Shown here: positions 8,793 to 17,192 of the stretch, piece after piece
Layout: every line of letters begins with the position of its first letter
Numbering within the stretch: position 1 is the first letter of the stretch
Origin: a virus
Lineage: Duplodnaviria; Heunggongvirae; Uroviricota; Caudoviricetes
Reading direction: 5' to 3' (one strand)
Length of the DNA stretch: 28,949 nt
IMG/VR virus record: IMGVR_UViG_3300029582_000367
Span: 1 to 28,949 of that record
Notes under the pieces: generated by a model
The model's database searches: none
Seen by the model: only the letters and a program-made list of their open reading frames with translations
Told to the model about the DNA's origin: nothing
Program-made: the position numbers and the translations under genes

Positions 8793-10202
8793 TTATGCGG
8801 TCTTATTCTTGCTCTTCTTAATGGAGAACGTCCGAGTTTTGCAGGGGATATCCACGATGCAATCACGGAACTTGTTCGCCAAATCGGGACTCAGCCCGTC
8901 GAGCGTGTCGATGAGCAACTCCATCACATCACGCTTATACTCCGTGCCCTTACGAGGGCTGTTTTTGACCTCGTAAGTGTCGTCACCAATGGTGATGATA
9001 CCTACATCCATGTCAGGCCCCAGCGCCTCGATAAGAGGCAGGGAGAGCGCCTTACGCTGGTCGTCGAGCGCCTTCTTCTGCTTATCCAGCTTGGAGGACT
9101 GCTCGGACAGCTCCAACCATTTGGAGACCTTGTCCGCCAAATCGGAAGGCAGGTCACGGGTCACGGTCGGAGCGCCGACCTTCTGAGAAGCCATGTTGTT
9201 CAGGACCTGAAGCTCGTCCTCCATCTCACCGACGTGAGGAGGGGGATTATTGTTCTCGACATGGGTCTCCCACCAATCCGCCTCGACCTCAAGCTGGTCA
9301 TGCTCCGCCTCGGTATCACGAGGCATGAACCGCCGCTTAAAGCCGGACAGGTCGAAGGTAGAACCCATATACATCCCACCGGTCTCATAGTCGTGGGTCA
9401 GGATGGCGCCGATGTACGTACCCTTGATACGGTCATCGTTCAGTACCGCAGGGTACTGCCGCATCTGAGGGAGATAGTGGGGCGGGACCTTGTTGTTAAT
9501 CCACGCCGCAAAGTTTTCCTCAATGGTGGTCTTGGCCTCAAAGACGTACAGCTCGCCATTCAACTCCACGATGGCGTCGATGTTCGCCGTGACACACGGA
9601 AACTCCTTGCTCCGGAACATACGGTGTTCAGGGATACGCTTTGCGCCGGAGAGGGCACAGAACGTGTTGACGACCGTATCTTCCAGAAAATGACCACGCA
9701 CGAAAACGGCATTGCTGCCGGACTTCTGTGCTGCGTCAGGATTTCCGATTTTGTCATAGTACAGCTCCGTCTGCGTGCGATAATGGGACTGGCCCGTAAT
9801 CACAGCAGCATCAGAACCACCGATACCGAGGTGACGGATAGCCTCCCATTCATGGGTGGAAACGAAGCGGCAATCCACGACAGTCTCAGCGTTGGGCCAC
9901 TCCATACGAGGAGGAATGGCCGGCTTGTGCTTGCCGTAGAAGTTGTATTCATAGTAAACAGCATCCTTCAGCTCTTCCGGCGTCAAAACGTCGAAAACAC
10001 TGCCAGTGTTCTGCGTCTTCTTGAATACCTCCGCAGCGTTGTCCGCGAAGACCTCAGGCGGCATCAGATAGCACAGGTCCTTTGCCGCTTCCAGCACGTC
10101 CATGCGCCGACGAATCGCATCCATCGTATTGATGAACGGAATGGCAGCTCGCGGGTCCATCCACATGGGAACAGACGTAGGCAGGTTACACTCGAAGTAC
10201 AT
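8793..10202 (-). CDS. YqaJ-like viral recombinase (lambda exonuclease family)
   Basis: WEAIRHLGIGGSDAA, RGHFLE, ANIDAI, FEAKT, YLPQMRQY motifs. Confidence 0.88.
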   Translation of the reverse strand: MYFECNLPTSVPMWMDPRAAIPFINTMDAIRRRMDVLEAAKDLCYLMPPEVFADNAAEVFKKTQNTGSVFDVLTPEELKDAVYYEYNFYGKHKPAIPPRMEWPNAETVVDCRFVSTHEWEAIRHLGIGGSDAAVITGQSHYRTQTELYYDKIGNPDAAQKSGSNAVFVRGHFLEDTVVNTFCALSGAKRIPEHRMFRSKEFPCVTANIDAIVELNGELYVFEAKTTIEENFAAWINNKVPPHYLPQMRQYPAVLNDDRIKGTYIGAILTHDYETGGMYMGSTFDLSGFKRRFMPRDTEAEHDQLEVEADWWETHVENNNPPPHVGEMEDELQVLNNMASQKVGAPTVTRDLPSDLADKVSKWLELSEQSSKLDKQKKALDDQRKALSLPLIEALGPDMDVGIITIGDDTYEVKNSPRKGTEYKRDVMELLIDTLDGLSPDLANKFRDCIVDIPCKTRTFSIKKSKNKTA

Positions 10203-10240
10203 ATTGTTTCTCCTTTCTGGTGGTGAGAGTTCTGTGCGGC

Positions 10241-10498
10241 CTAACGCCGCACAGAGCCCTCCACGTATGCTTCAATGCTCCATTTATTCCGCAGTCTCTT
10301 ATTGACAGAGGTAATGGGGTCGGCATTCATAAAATCATCACGCAGGCATCGAATCTGTGTGGCTTTGGAGCCGTCACAATATTCCAGAGAGCCTGTGCGA
10401 ATCATCTTAGTGATATGCCGCTTCATACCATTTGCCGTAAAAGACACAACAGAAGGGCGCTTACCGTCCTTGTGGAACAGCAGATATACGACTTTCAC
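10241..10498 (-). CDS. Hypothetical protein, 85 aa
   Basis: GTGA overlap with the upstream gene. Confidence 0.6.
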   Translation of the reverse strand: MKVVYLLFHKDGKRPSVVSFTANGMKRHITKMIRTGSLEYCDGSKATQIRCLRDDFMNADPITSVNKRLRNKWSIEAYVEGSVRR

Positions 10499-11109
10499 TG
10501 GCCGTCACCGTCCTCATCGTCCTCGTCGGCGTCATAGACGTCGTCGGAAAAGACCAACGTGGTATTGAAGTCAACGACTTCAGACACGCCATACGTGAAG
10601 CTCATCAGCTCGAAGCCATGCCTCGTGCAGATTTCGTCGGGGACGTTGAGAAAATCGCCGTAGTTGAATTCTCCACAGTTGTGCTCGTACATATCCAAGC
10701 CGTCCTTCGTGTGGCAGAATTCGACAGCGGCGTCACGAATGGCCCTTTCGAGGTCGAAATCCTCGTAGGGGATGGAAAACACCATTGTGGTGATATCCAC
10801 ATTCAGCCCGTCTCGGTCCACCGCGTTGATGACCTTCGTGACTCTCGTAATCATATCCGCGTAGTATCCATCACCATTTTCGTCATAGACAACATACAGC
10901 TCCTCGCCATTGTCAGTATCGTCGCAGAGATGTGCGTCACCATCTACATCAACAGTGAAAGACATCTCGCGCTTATCGGGAAGACGGTGGCAAACCTTGT
11001 CACCGCCCCTCAGCTCGCGGAACGGAACGTAAAGCATAACACCATCGCGCTCGACACGGACGGGTGTGTTCCCGTTCCCGAACACTTCAAAAATCGAAGC
11101 CATACTCAT
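10495..11109 (-). CDS. Acidic hypothetical protein, 204 aa
   Basis: AAAGGAG RBS. Confidence 0.75.
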   Translation of the reverse strand: MSMASIFEVFGNGNTPVRVERDGVMLYVPFRELRGGDKVCHRLPDKREMSFTVDVDGDAHLCDDTDNGEELYVVYDENGDGYYADMITRVTKVINAVDRDGLNVDITTMVFSIPYEDFDLERAIRDAAVEFCHTKDGLDMYEHNCGEFNYGDFLNVPDEICTRHGFELMSFTYGVSEVVDFNTTLVFSDDVYDADEDDEDGDGQ

Positions 11110-11122
11110 TTTTCTCCTTTCT

Positions 11123-11614
11123 TTATTTTGTCTTGAAGTTCAGGGGCGTGAACAGTTTAGAAATCTCGTCCGGTTCGTCGGGCAAGGGCTCTGTAACACG
11201 GTTCAGTTCGTTATAAGCGCCGAGAGAACCTTCCGGGTAGGTGGTGTCCACCTCGCCGGTTTCATAGCGAAAATGCAGCGCGCTGGAGCCGCCCTCAGTG
11301 GTCTCGAAGCACGGCTCGACCGTGAGTGATTCCGCGTCGGTGAAGTCTACCAGTCGGCAGCCATCCTCGTCGAAGGGGCTGTGTAGGGTAATACTCACCT
11401 TAGAACCAATACCATAAGGGCCTAAGATGTAAGGCTTCTTGCCCTTTCTGTTGGAGATATACTCCGCTAAGGGGACGATAACCTCATTGAGCCAGAAAGG
11501 ACTCTTGATGTTATTCGCATCCTTCTTACGCCCCTCAGCGATAAGATGCCTTCGTTCTTCTTCAGCAGCCGCGTATTTCTCGTCAAATGCGGCGATAAGC
11601 TCGCTTACCTTCAT
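11123..11614 (-). CDS. Hypothetical protein, 163 aa
   Basis: AAAGGAG RBS. Confidence 0.75.
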   Translation of the reverse strand: MKVSELIAAFDEKYAAAEEERRHLIAEGRKKDANNIKSPFWLNEVIVPLAEYISNRKGKKPYILGPYGIGSKVSITLHSPFDEDGCRLVDFTDAESLTVEPCFETTEGGSSALHFRYETGEVDTTYPEGSLGAYNELNRVTEPLPDEPDEISKLFTPLNFKTK

Positions 11615-11642
11615 GTTTTTTCTCCTTTCTCAGAATGGCAGC

Positions 11643-12005
11643 TCAGGCAATTTGAACCGCCCTGTCGTCCCAGTATTCGTCAGCACCGATTTTACGTCCG
11701 TCGCCGCCAAAGAAGGCGACTCGGAGAGGCTCTGCCTCGTTGACGTAATCGAAACTGAGGCCTACTTCCGCGCAGGCGCGGAGAGCATCCTCAAGATGCT
11801 CTCCGTGCCTGCAGGTCCACAGAATGAGGACAGTACCCTTAGCCTGCTCTGCCTTGGCGCGGTTGATAACGTCCCACTTCGGCTCGACGATGTGAGGGAA
11901 GTCCGTGACGAACAACGTACCATCAAAATCAACGGCGATACAGCGGGGGTAGGGGGGAGTGGCTGCTGCCTGAGCCACATTGCTTGTGGTCAGGTCAAAC
12001 GCCAT
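11643..12005 (-). CDS. Small capless HAD-superfamily hydrolase
   Basis: IAVDFDGTL, LILWTCR, RKIGADEYWDDR motifs; GGAGGAGG RBS. Confidence 0.85.
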   Translation of the reverse strand: MAFDLTTSNVAQAAATPPYPRCIAVDFDGTLFVTDFPHIVEPKWDVINRAKAEQAKGTVLILWTCRHGEHLEDALRACAEVGLSFDYVNEAEPLRVAFFGGDGRKIGADEYWDDRAVQIA

Positions 12006-12226
12006 ATGCTACCTCCTCCGTTGCTGCCACAGCGTTCCATGGTGCCTCTCGTGCAGGGGCGGGTAATCTTACCGTCGGGCCATCGAACGGTGGCGCAGCG
12101 GCTTATACGCCCACAGGCGGCACAGTATCGAGTACCGATACGGGACACGATACCCTGCTGCTTACCGTCTCTGCTCAGGAGGGAATCGCCGACCTCGATG
12201 TCGGGCATGGTCTTGATGTCACTCAT
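11990..12226 (-). CDS. Small Cys-containing hypothetical protein
   Basis: ATG at 12226 overlapping the upstream stop; CAAC motif. Confidence 0.6.
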   Translation of the reverse strand: MSDIKTMPDIEVGDSLLSRDGKQQGIVSRIGTRYCAACGRISRCATVRWPDGKITRPCTRGTMERCGSNGGGSIWRLT

Positions 12227-12401
12227 CGCTTGCTTCCTCCTCGTTCTCGCCGAAAATCTTGTCATATGCCGCGCTGACGCAGCAGGTGACGCAGTCATCG
12301 TCCGTGCAGTTCTCCTTATTTATCTGCTGGCGGCAGAACTTAGAAAAAAGGCACTTGAAGGTGGAAGTCTCATCGGGAGTGAAACGATTGGGATTACTCA
12401 T
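12219..12401 (-). CDS. Small Cys-rich hypothetical protein, 60 aa
   Basis: AAAGGAG RBS. Confidence 0.65.
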   Translation of the reverse strand: MSNPNRFTPDETSTFKCLFSKFCRQQINKENCTDDDCVTCCVSAAYDKIFGENEEEASDE

Positions 12402-12422
12402 GTTTTTCTCCTTTCCTCTTTC

Positions 12423-13667
12423 TTAGAACGTCTGGGTGGGGATGTAGCTCTGCCGTCCCCACTCGACCGTGCCGCCGATGTCATAGCGACTCCATTCCTT
12501 ATCCATGTGAAGGATTTTTGCCACCTGCTCTTCCAGATTCGTGATGGTCGTCTGAGAGGCACCGGCTTCCTTGGCATAGAAGGGGATGTCGGACATGGAC
12601 AGATACACGTCGTGCATGGGGACGAAAGGCATACCCGCAGTCAGTCTGGCGAGGTCTTTACGAGCTTCGTCAGCGTACTTCTTTGGCAGTCCCAGCTTGT
12701 TGGAAAGACCAATGAGCACGTTCTCAGGATGCTCAATCTGCACGCTGGTCAGCTTGTCCAGAGCCTCGGTCATGTCGGTGAACTGTGCATACAGTCCGTC
12801 CAGCGCCTCCTCAAAGGCGGGGACGCCGTCCTTGCCACTGCTGTTTCTGGTATGCTTGACAGCGATACCGTCAGTGAAGCGGACACAGTTTCCGGCGGGT
12901 TTCTGGAAGTAGGGAACAGCGGTAGCGCAGCTATTGCCGGTATCAGAGGAGAAGAACTTGACCACAGGCATCATGTTCATGGAATGAACAGAGGTAATAC
13001 CATGTGCGTCCAGTGCGTCTTCATAGATAGTCAGCATCTCGTCCTGCTTGTCAGGCAGAGCCCACATACAGGCCGTTGCGCTGTGGCTGTTCTCGCCGCC
13101 GAGGAACTCCACCTTGCCGAACCGGTCGTTCAGCTTCCGAGTGGTTGCCGACAGCAGCTCGGAAATCGGCATGACGCGATAGCCGCCGCCATTGTCGGAA
13201 TGCAGTGCCGCGATACGACCATAACGCTCCAGCAGGAGGGTCAGGCTCTTATCCGGCGCCGCACGCAGACCGTTGTTCAGCACTTCTGCGGAGCAGTAGG
13301 GAGTCATGCGGGAAAACGCAGACCCAAACAGCTTCGCAGTGTTGTGCAGGGAACTGATGGCGGTGTCACGCAGCACCCATGCGTTGGGTTCATTGGTCAT
13401 GATGAAGTGAGAGCCGACAGCAGGGTCTGCGGCTTCCATCGCTGCGTCCAGAGACACCTTGCGGGTCAGCATGGGGTCGTCAGCGATTTTCTGTACCACG
13501 ATGGGGACCTCGATGGGTTCCAGAGGCAGCACATGGATTTTCTTGGAGGGGACACCCGGCAGCCAACGGCTGTTCTGTTCCATCTCCTGAACTTCCTGCA
13601 GCAGTTCAGTCTCGCTGTCAGTGACAAAACGATAGTTGTCCTGCTCTCTGTTGATGGCTTTTTCCAT
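12423..13667 (-). CDS. Conserved MGE protein, possibly DUF932-like
   Basis: AAAGGAG before ATG 13667; RIAALHS..Y, NSHSAT and SSDTG segments loosely resemble DUF932; family uncertain. Confidence 0.65.
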   Translation of the reverse strand: MEKAINREQDNYRFVTDSETELLQEVQEMEQNSRWLPGVPSKKIHVLPLEPIEVPIVVQKIADDPMLTRKVSLDAAMEAADPAVGSHFIMTNEPNAWVLRDTAISSLHNTAKLFGSAFSRMTPYCSAEVLNNGLRAAPDKSLTLLLERYGRIAALHSDNGGGYRVMPISELLSATTRKLNDRFGKVEFLGGENSHSATACMWALPDKQDEMLTIYEDALDAHGITSVHSMNMMPVVKFFSSDTGNSCATAVPYFQKPAGNCVRFTDGIAVKHTRNSSGKDGVPAFEEALDGLYAQFTDMTEALDKLTSVQIEHPENVLIGLSNKLGLPKKYADEARKDLARLTAGMPFVPMHDVYLSMSDIPFYAKEAGASQTTITNLEEQVAKILHMDKEWSRYDIGGTVEWGRQSYIPTQTF

Positions 13668-13748
13668 GATTTTTCTCCTTTCTTGAGCTGCCCTCCGCTT
13701 TGAAACGGTCGGGAATCTTATGCTCATAACGAAATTAAGAGGTGACTT

Positions 13749-13890
13749 ATATATACAAAAAGACAGCTATCCCGTAGTTGGGATAACTGTCTTTTAATAC
13801 GTGTGGTGACTTGAAAACGGAGATAATCTCCTTTATAAAAATAGCTTCGTAATTATAATTCTATACTACCACAGTTTGATATTTTGTCAA
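13749..13890 (-). repeat. Copy 2 of promoter-leader-terminator module
   Basis: 13825-13890 identical to 5666-5731 and 23864-23929. Confidence 0.92.
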
Positions 13891-13904
13891 TTCCTTTTGG
13901 AGTG

Positions 13905-13933
13905 AAAAAAGAAGCTCCCGAAGGAGCTTCTTT
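13905..13933 (-). terminator. Terminator of the lipoprotein gene, insulating repeat copy 2
   Basis: Minus strand AAAGAAGCTCC-TTCG-GGAGCTTCTTTTTT. Confidence 0.85.
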
Positions 13934-13948
13934 CCTGTTCGTTCAACT

Positions 13949-14695
13949 TTAGCCGACCATGTCCAAATCCAACACCTGCTCATAGGAGTCCGCGCCGGCG
14001 ATGGAGCCGATAGGCAACACCACATGGAGTTTTCCAGCGCCATCAGCATATGTGCGGACATCCATATTGATGTTCTCATCGGACAGCGTCCAATCGCGGC
14101 GCTCCGTCAGGAACTCATCCATATCGCCGCCCGCAATAGCTCCGTACTGAGTATCAAATTTGGCTGCTGCGGCTCGGCGTACCGCCTTCAAGAAGGCCTG
14201 CTCGTCCACATTCAGAGTCTTCAGCAAGTCTTCAGTTGTGAGTTGCTGTCCGCTGGCAATATCATACAGATAGACATTATAACTATCCATATCCGCATCC
14301 CAACCGCAGGAGACCACCAGAGACATAATATTCTCATACTGATAAGTTTCCCATGCTACGTAGAGGCAGGACAGGCTTACCTTCTCGGAAACACTCTCCT
14401 TTACGCCGTCTACGATAGGCCCGTATGTATCGGCGATAGCCTTATTGATGGCTTCTGCGCCTTGCGTATCAGCTTCAATCTGAGGCACGCGATAGGTGTA
14501 GTGTCCACTGTTGCCAACGCCATCGGTGTAGTCAAAGTCCTCGTCATACAGTGTTGTGATTTGAGGCGCCTCAACAGGAGTTATATCCTGTCCTTCGCCC
14601 TGCGTATTGTTTCCTGTCGAATTGGGTGTAGTGCCGCACGCGGCCAGTGTGATAAGCATTGCTGCGGCCAGCAATAAGGCTAAAAACTTCTTCAT
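13949..14695 (-). CDS. Lipoprotein, 248 aa
   Basis: Signal peptide MKKFLALLLAAAMLITLAA-C with lipobox; AGGAGG RBS. Confidence 0.85.
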   Translation of the reverse strand: MKKFLALLLAAAMLITLAACGTTPNSTGNNTQGEGQDITPVEAPQITTLYDEDFDYTDGVGNSGHYTYRVPQIEADTQGAEAINKAIADTYGPIVDGVKESVSEKVSLSCLYVAWETYQYENIMSLVVSCGWDADMDSYNVYLYDIASGQQLTTEDLLKTLNVDEQAFLKAVRRAAAAKFDTQYGAIAGGDMDEFLTERRDWTLSDENINMDVRTYADGAGKLHVVLPIGSIAGADSYEQVLDLDMVG

Positions 14696-14738
14696 AGGTT
14701 CCTCCTTTTGCGGGAACACCCGCGTATGTCGTATGGAC

Positions 14739-15221
14739 TCAGACGCGGTAGATGGTGAGGCCTTGCGCCTGAGCATACTGTAGGGTATATGCTGCATCTC
14801 CTGTATTGTTGGTACAGTGGGCAACGCACACGCTGGAGCAGTCCACCAGATGCCGGTCTCGCGTCAAATATGCCTCTCTGGACGGAGAAGGGGAGATGCA
14901 CACCCGCTTATCGTACTGGTGATATAGCTTCGCATACGTCTGTCGCTGTTCATCCTTCCAAAGCGAATCGAAGCCCTCGAATGGGTAAACCAGAATGACT
15001 CGGATATGTGGGTACGAAGTCTCTTTAAGACGAAACAGTATCTCTGCAGCGATGGTGTCGTACCCAATGGCACCACCTACACCGAAAAATCGGATGCCTT
15101 GGCGGGTGATAAGTTCTCTGAGTTGGATTTCCGTGCGGCCAAATACAGAGTCCCGAAGGTCTGGACGGATAATTCTATGTCCTGTAAGACAACACGTTTG
15201 TCGTCGCACATCGTCCCACAT
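14739..15221 (-). CDS. SLOG superfamily (DUF1273/YspA-like) protein
   Basis: CCLTGHR, GGAIGYDTIAAE, LVYPF, YLTRDRHLVD motifs; start placed downstream of the promoter. Confidence 0.8.
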   Translation of the reverse strand: MWDDVRRQTCCLTGHRIIRPDLRDSVFGRTEIQLRELITRQGIRFFGVGGAIGYDTIAAEILFRLKETSYPHIRVILVYPFEGFDSLWKDEQRQTYAKLYHQYDKRVCISPSPSREAYLTRDRHLVDCSSVCVAHCTNNTGDAAYTLQYAQAQGLTIYRV

Positions 15222-15257
15222 ACACAACTTACCCCCCATGTCAGCATATATCATCGT

Positions 15258-15286
15258 ATTATACTGCACATTCTTATATAAGTCCA
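15258..15286 (-). promoter_or_regulatory. Promoter for SLOG-lipoprotein pair
   Basis: TGGACT-17nt-TATAAT. Confidence 0.6.
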
Positions 15287-15306
15287 TATTAAATCCATGG
15301 AGGTTA

Positions 15307-15380
15307 TTCCAACTTTTGTGTGGGATTTTTCTTTTTAACCCTCATTTCGACCGAGCGATTCCTTCCAACTTTTGTGTGGG
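15307..15380. repeat. Perfect 18 bp direct repeat TTCCAACTTTTGTGTGGG (15307-15324, 15363-15380)
   Basis: Direct sequence comparison. Confidence 0.9.
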
Positions 15381-15540
15381 CTGCTTCGCTCATATGCCAA
15401 ACACTGGTATTCTCGTCCACCACTCATAATAAGCTGCGAAAATGCGTCCGGGTCAGATTGTGAACGCATGAGTTCACAATCTCAATATTCGGAAAGCACA
15501 GATTCCTCGCAAACTGGGAATCATTTTTTCCAATGCCATC

Positions 15541-15720
15541 TCAATCGTCATGTGCATCTCCGCCACCCCTTGCCATTATTTCTTGAGCTAATTCCTGTAT
15601 GCTAATTTTTCCTTTCAGCAAACGCACACAGTCTTGTTCAGTCTGTTCTGTAATTTCATAGCCTTCCATTTGTGTAGAAGCCAAAGCGTTTCGAAGTGCA
15701 ACATACTGTTTGTCATTCAT
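15541..15720 (-). CDS. VbhA-like antitoxin, 59 aa
   Basis: ALRNALASTQMEG (SxxxEG Fic-inhibitory motif) and LLKGKISIQE; GGAGG RBS. Confidence 0.7.
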   Translation of the reverse strand: MNDKQYVALRNALASTQMEGYEITEQTEQDCVRLLKGKISIQELAQEIMARGGGDAHDD

Positions 15721-15801
15721 AGAAAAGACCTCCACATTTAATTGGAAATGTGATATACTTGCCATACGTAATTGCTGCTCTTAGGGGAAGGAATAAATGA
15801 T

Positions 15802-16185
15802 ATGGGATTAAAAAAAGATATCGAGGCCAATGACACAAAAATGCCAATCGTAAGGAAAACTCAAGACTACTATCTGACAAAGGGTTTTGACCGTCCAACT
15901 GCTGAATATTTTGCCAATGGGCGTCGTACAATCGTTGACGTAATTCCCAATGATGATTATACACTTACACTCGATTTTGATAACGGTGAACAGCGTTTAC
16001 TGGACATGAAACCCATGCTGAATGAAGAAACAGTGTTTAAGCCACTTTGCAACATTGATACTTTCAAAAGAGTTTATCTGGACACGCAGCATTGCGTTTC
16101 ATGGGACATCGACCCTACAGTAGATAGTAAAAAAGTCTGGAATAACAAAATAGACCTAAGCTCTGATAGCTCCATGCTATATTGA
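15802..16185 (+). CDS. DUF2442 family protein (antitoxin-like), C-terminus possibly frameshifted
   Basis: IVDVIPNDDYTLTLDFDNGEQRLLDMKP...FKRV...VSW...IDL pattern. Confidence 0.78.
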   Translation: MGLKKDIEANDTKMPIVRKTQDYYLTKGFDRPTAEYFANGRRTIVDVIPNDDYTLTLDFDNGEQRLLDMKPMLNEETVFKPLCNIDTFKRVYLDTQHCVSWDIDPTVDSKKVWNNKIDLSSDSSMLY

Positions 16186-16251
16186 CAGTGTCCCCATAAA
16201 TAGCCACAGTGAGGTTTGAGAATTTAGCCACGCAGCAATTCTCTGCGTATC

Positions 16252-16416
16252 TTAAATTCCAAGCTCTTTCGCAAGGATTGCATCCACCTCTTCAGTAGAA
16301 TATATGCGTCCGGCTTTGATTGGCTCAACCCCTTTTCGTAATCCCTCATCAATCTGGGCTTTCGTCATTTGCGAATTAGTGTTTCGTTGTTCGCCCTTGT
16401 TTTTACTCTCATCCAT
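16252..16416 (-). CDS. 54 aa protein resembling the C-terminal toxin-binding part of type II antitoxins
   Basis: GGAGG RBS; near-consensus promoter; MTKAQIDEGLRKGVEPIKAGRIYSTEEV. Confidence 0.6.
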   Translation of the reverse strand: MDESKNKGEQRNTNSQMTKAQIDEGLRKGVEPIKAGRIYSTEEVDAILAKELGI

Positions 16417-16446
16417 AAGATTTACCTCCACATTTACATATGCTAC

Positions 16447-16475
16447 ATTATAGGTAGAGCTACTCATATCGTCAA
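16447..16475 (-). promoter_or_regulatory. Near-consensus sigma-A promoter
   Basis: TTGACG-17nt-TATAAT. Confidence 0.8.
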
Positions 16476-16500
16476 CTGCTACGTGGGACTCAACGTATAC

Positions 16501-16551
16501 CCCACACAAAACCTTGGAGAATACGAGGTATGCTCTAAAGTTTTCTGTGGG
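16501..16551. repeat. Imperfect 24 bp inverted repeat (20/24), 3 nt loop
   Basis: CCCACACAAAACCTTGGAGAATAC-GAG-GTATGCTCTAAAGTTTTCTGTGGG. Confidence 0.8.
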
Positions 16552-16591
16552 ATAGGCGATGTTCAACACAAAAGAACAATTTCATAGACGC

Positions 16592-16626
16592 AAAAAAACA
16601 GGAGAAGCCGAGGCCTCTCCTGTTTT
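16592..16626 (-). terminator. Intrinsic terminator
   Basis: AAAACAGGAGAGGC-CTCG-GCTTCTCCTGTTTTTTT. Confidence 0.85.
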
Positions 16627-16628
16627 CC

Positions 16629-16826
16629 TTAGATAACACCGCCGTCAGAAGTGATGATGCAATAGCAACCGCCCTCGGCGTAACTTCCGCAATACTCATT
16701 GCCGGCCTCATCAATCCAAAGCGGATATTTCCGCTTGTCGTCCATGCCATAGTGGACATCGGGCAATCTTTTCAATTTGCCAACAACCTCGAAGCCAACA
16801 CTCTTTGCGTATTCACGTGCGGTCAT
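16629..16826 (-). CDS. Hypothetical protein, 65 aa
   Basis: GGAGGGG RBS; followed by a terminator. Confidence 0.7.
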   Translation of the reverse strand: MTAREYAKSVGFEVVGKLKRLPDVHYGMDDKRKYPLWIDEAGNEYCGSYAEGGCYCIITSDGGVI

Positions 16827-16857
16827 AGTCAAAATTCCCCTCCAACGTATTTTTTTG

Positions 16858-16888
16858 AAAGCAGGAGGAGCATGAACTCCTCCCGCTT
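16858..16888 (-). terminator. Hairpin/weak terminator after the TA pair
   Basis: AAGCGGGAGGAG-TTCATG-CTCCTCCTGCTTT. Confidence 0.6.
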
Positions 16889-16913
16889 ATTTATTTTTCA
16901 AAATTTCCAAAAA

Positions 16914-17192
16914 TCAGTCGTCATAGTGGTAACGGCACGATGCGATAATAAGCTCGTCTTCGCCTGTTTCGCTGTTTCGCTTCACAGTATATACAAGGCG
17001 GTTCGCATCGTCAATGCGACGGCTCCAGTATCCTTGCAAATTCCACTTGAGGCCTTCAGGTTTCCCAATACCCTCAAACGGACTACGCATAGCATCCTTT
17101 ACCAGCATATTGATGCGTTTGAGCATTTGCTTATCGCGTGCTTGGATTTCAGTGTATTCTTTCCACGCACTTTCGTCCCACTTCAGCTTCAC
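16914..17192 (-). CDS. yoeB: Txe/YoeB family toxin
   Basis: AWKEY, PFEGIGKPEGLK, GYWSRRIDDANRLVY, CRYHY; GTGA overlap with the antitoxin. Confidence 0.92.
   Translation of the reverse strand: MKLKWDESAWKEYTEIQARDKQMLKRINMLVKDAMRSPFEGIGKPEGLKWNLQGYWSRRIDDANRLVYTVKRNSETGEDELIIASCRYHYDD

Noticed and set aside
823..13703. Long plus-strand ORFs (823-2535, 3232-4164, 4438-5541, 7773-10226, 11439-13703; likewise 19070-20080, 20930-22498, 22620-23759)
   Set aside because: Antisense shadows of well-supported minus-strand genes with biased codon usage; no motifs or RBS
15307..15380. 18 bp repeats with a 38 nt spacer as a mini-CRISPR for IscB
   Set aside because: Only two short units, 5 kb from iscB, and no match to the omegaRNA stem; IscB already has a complete omegaRNA
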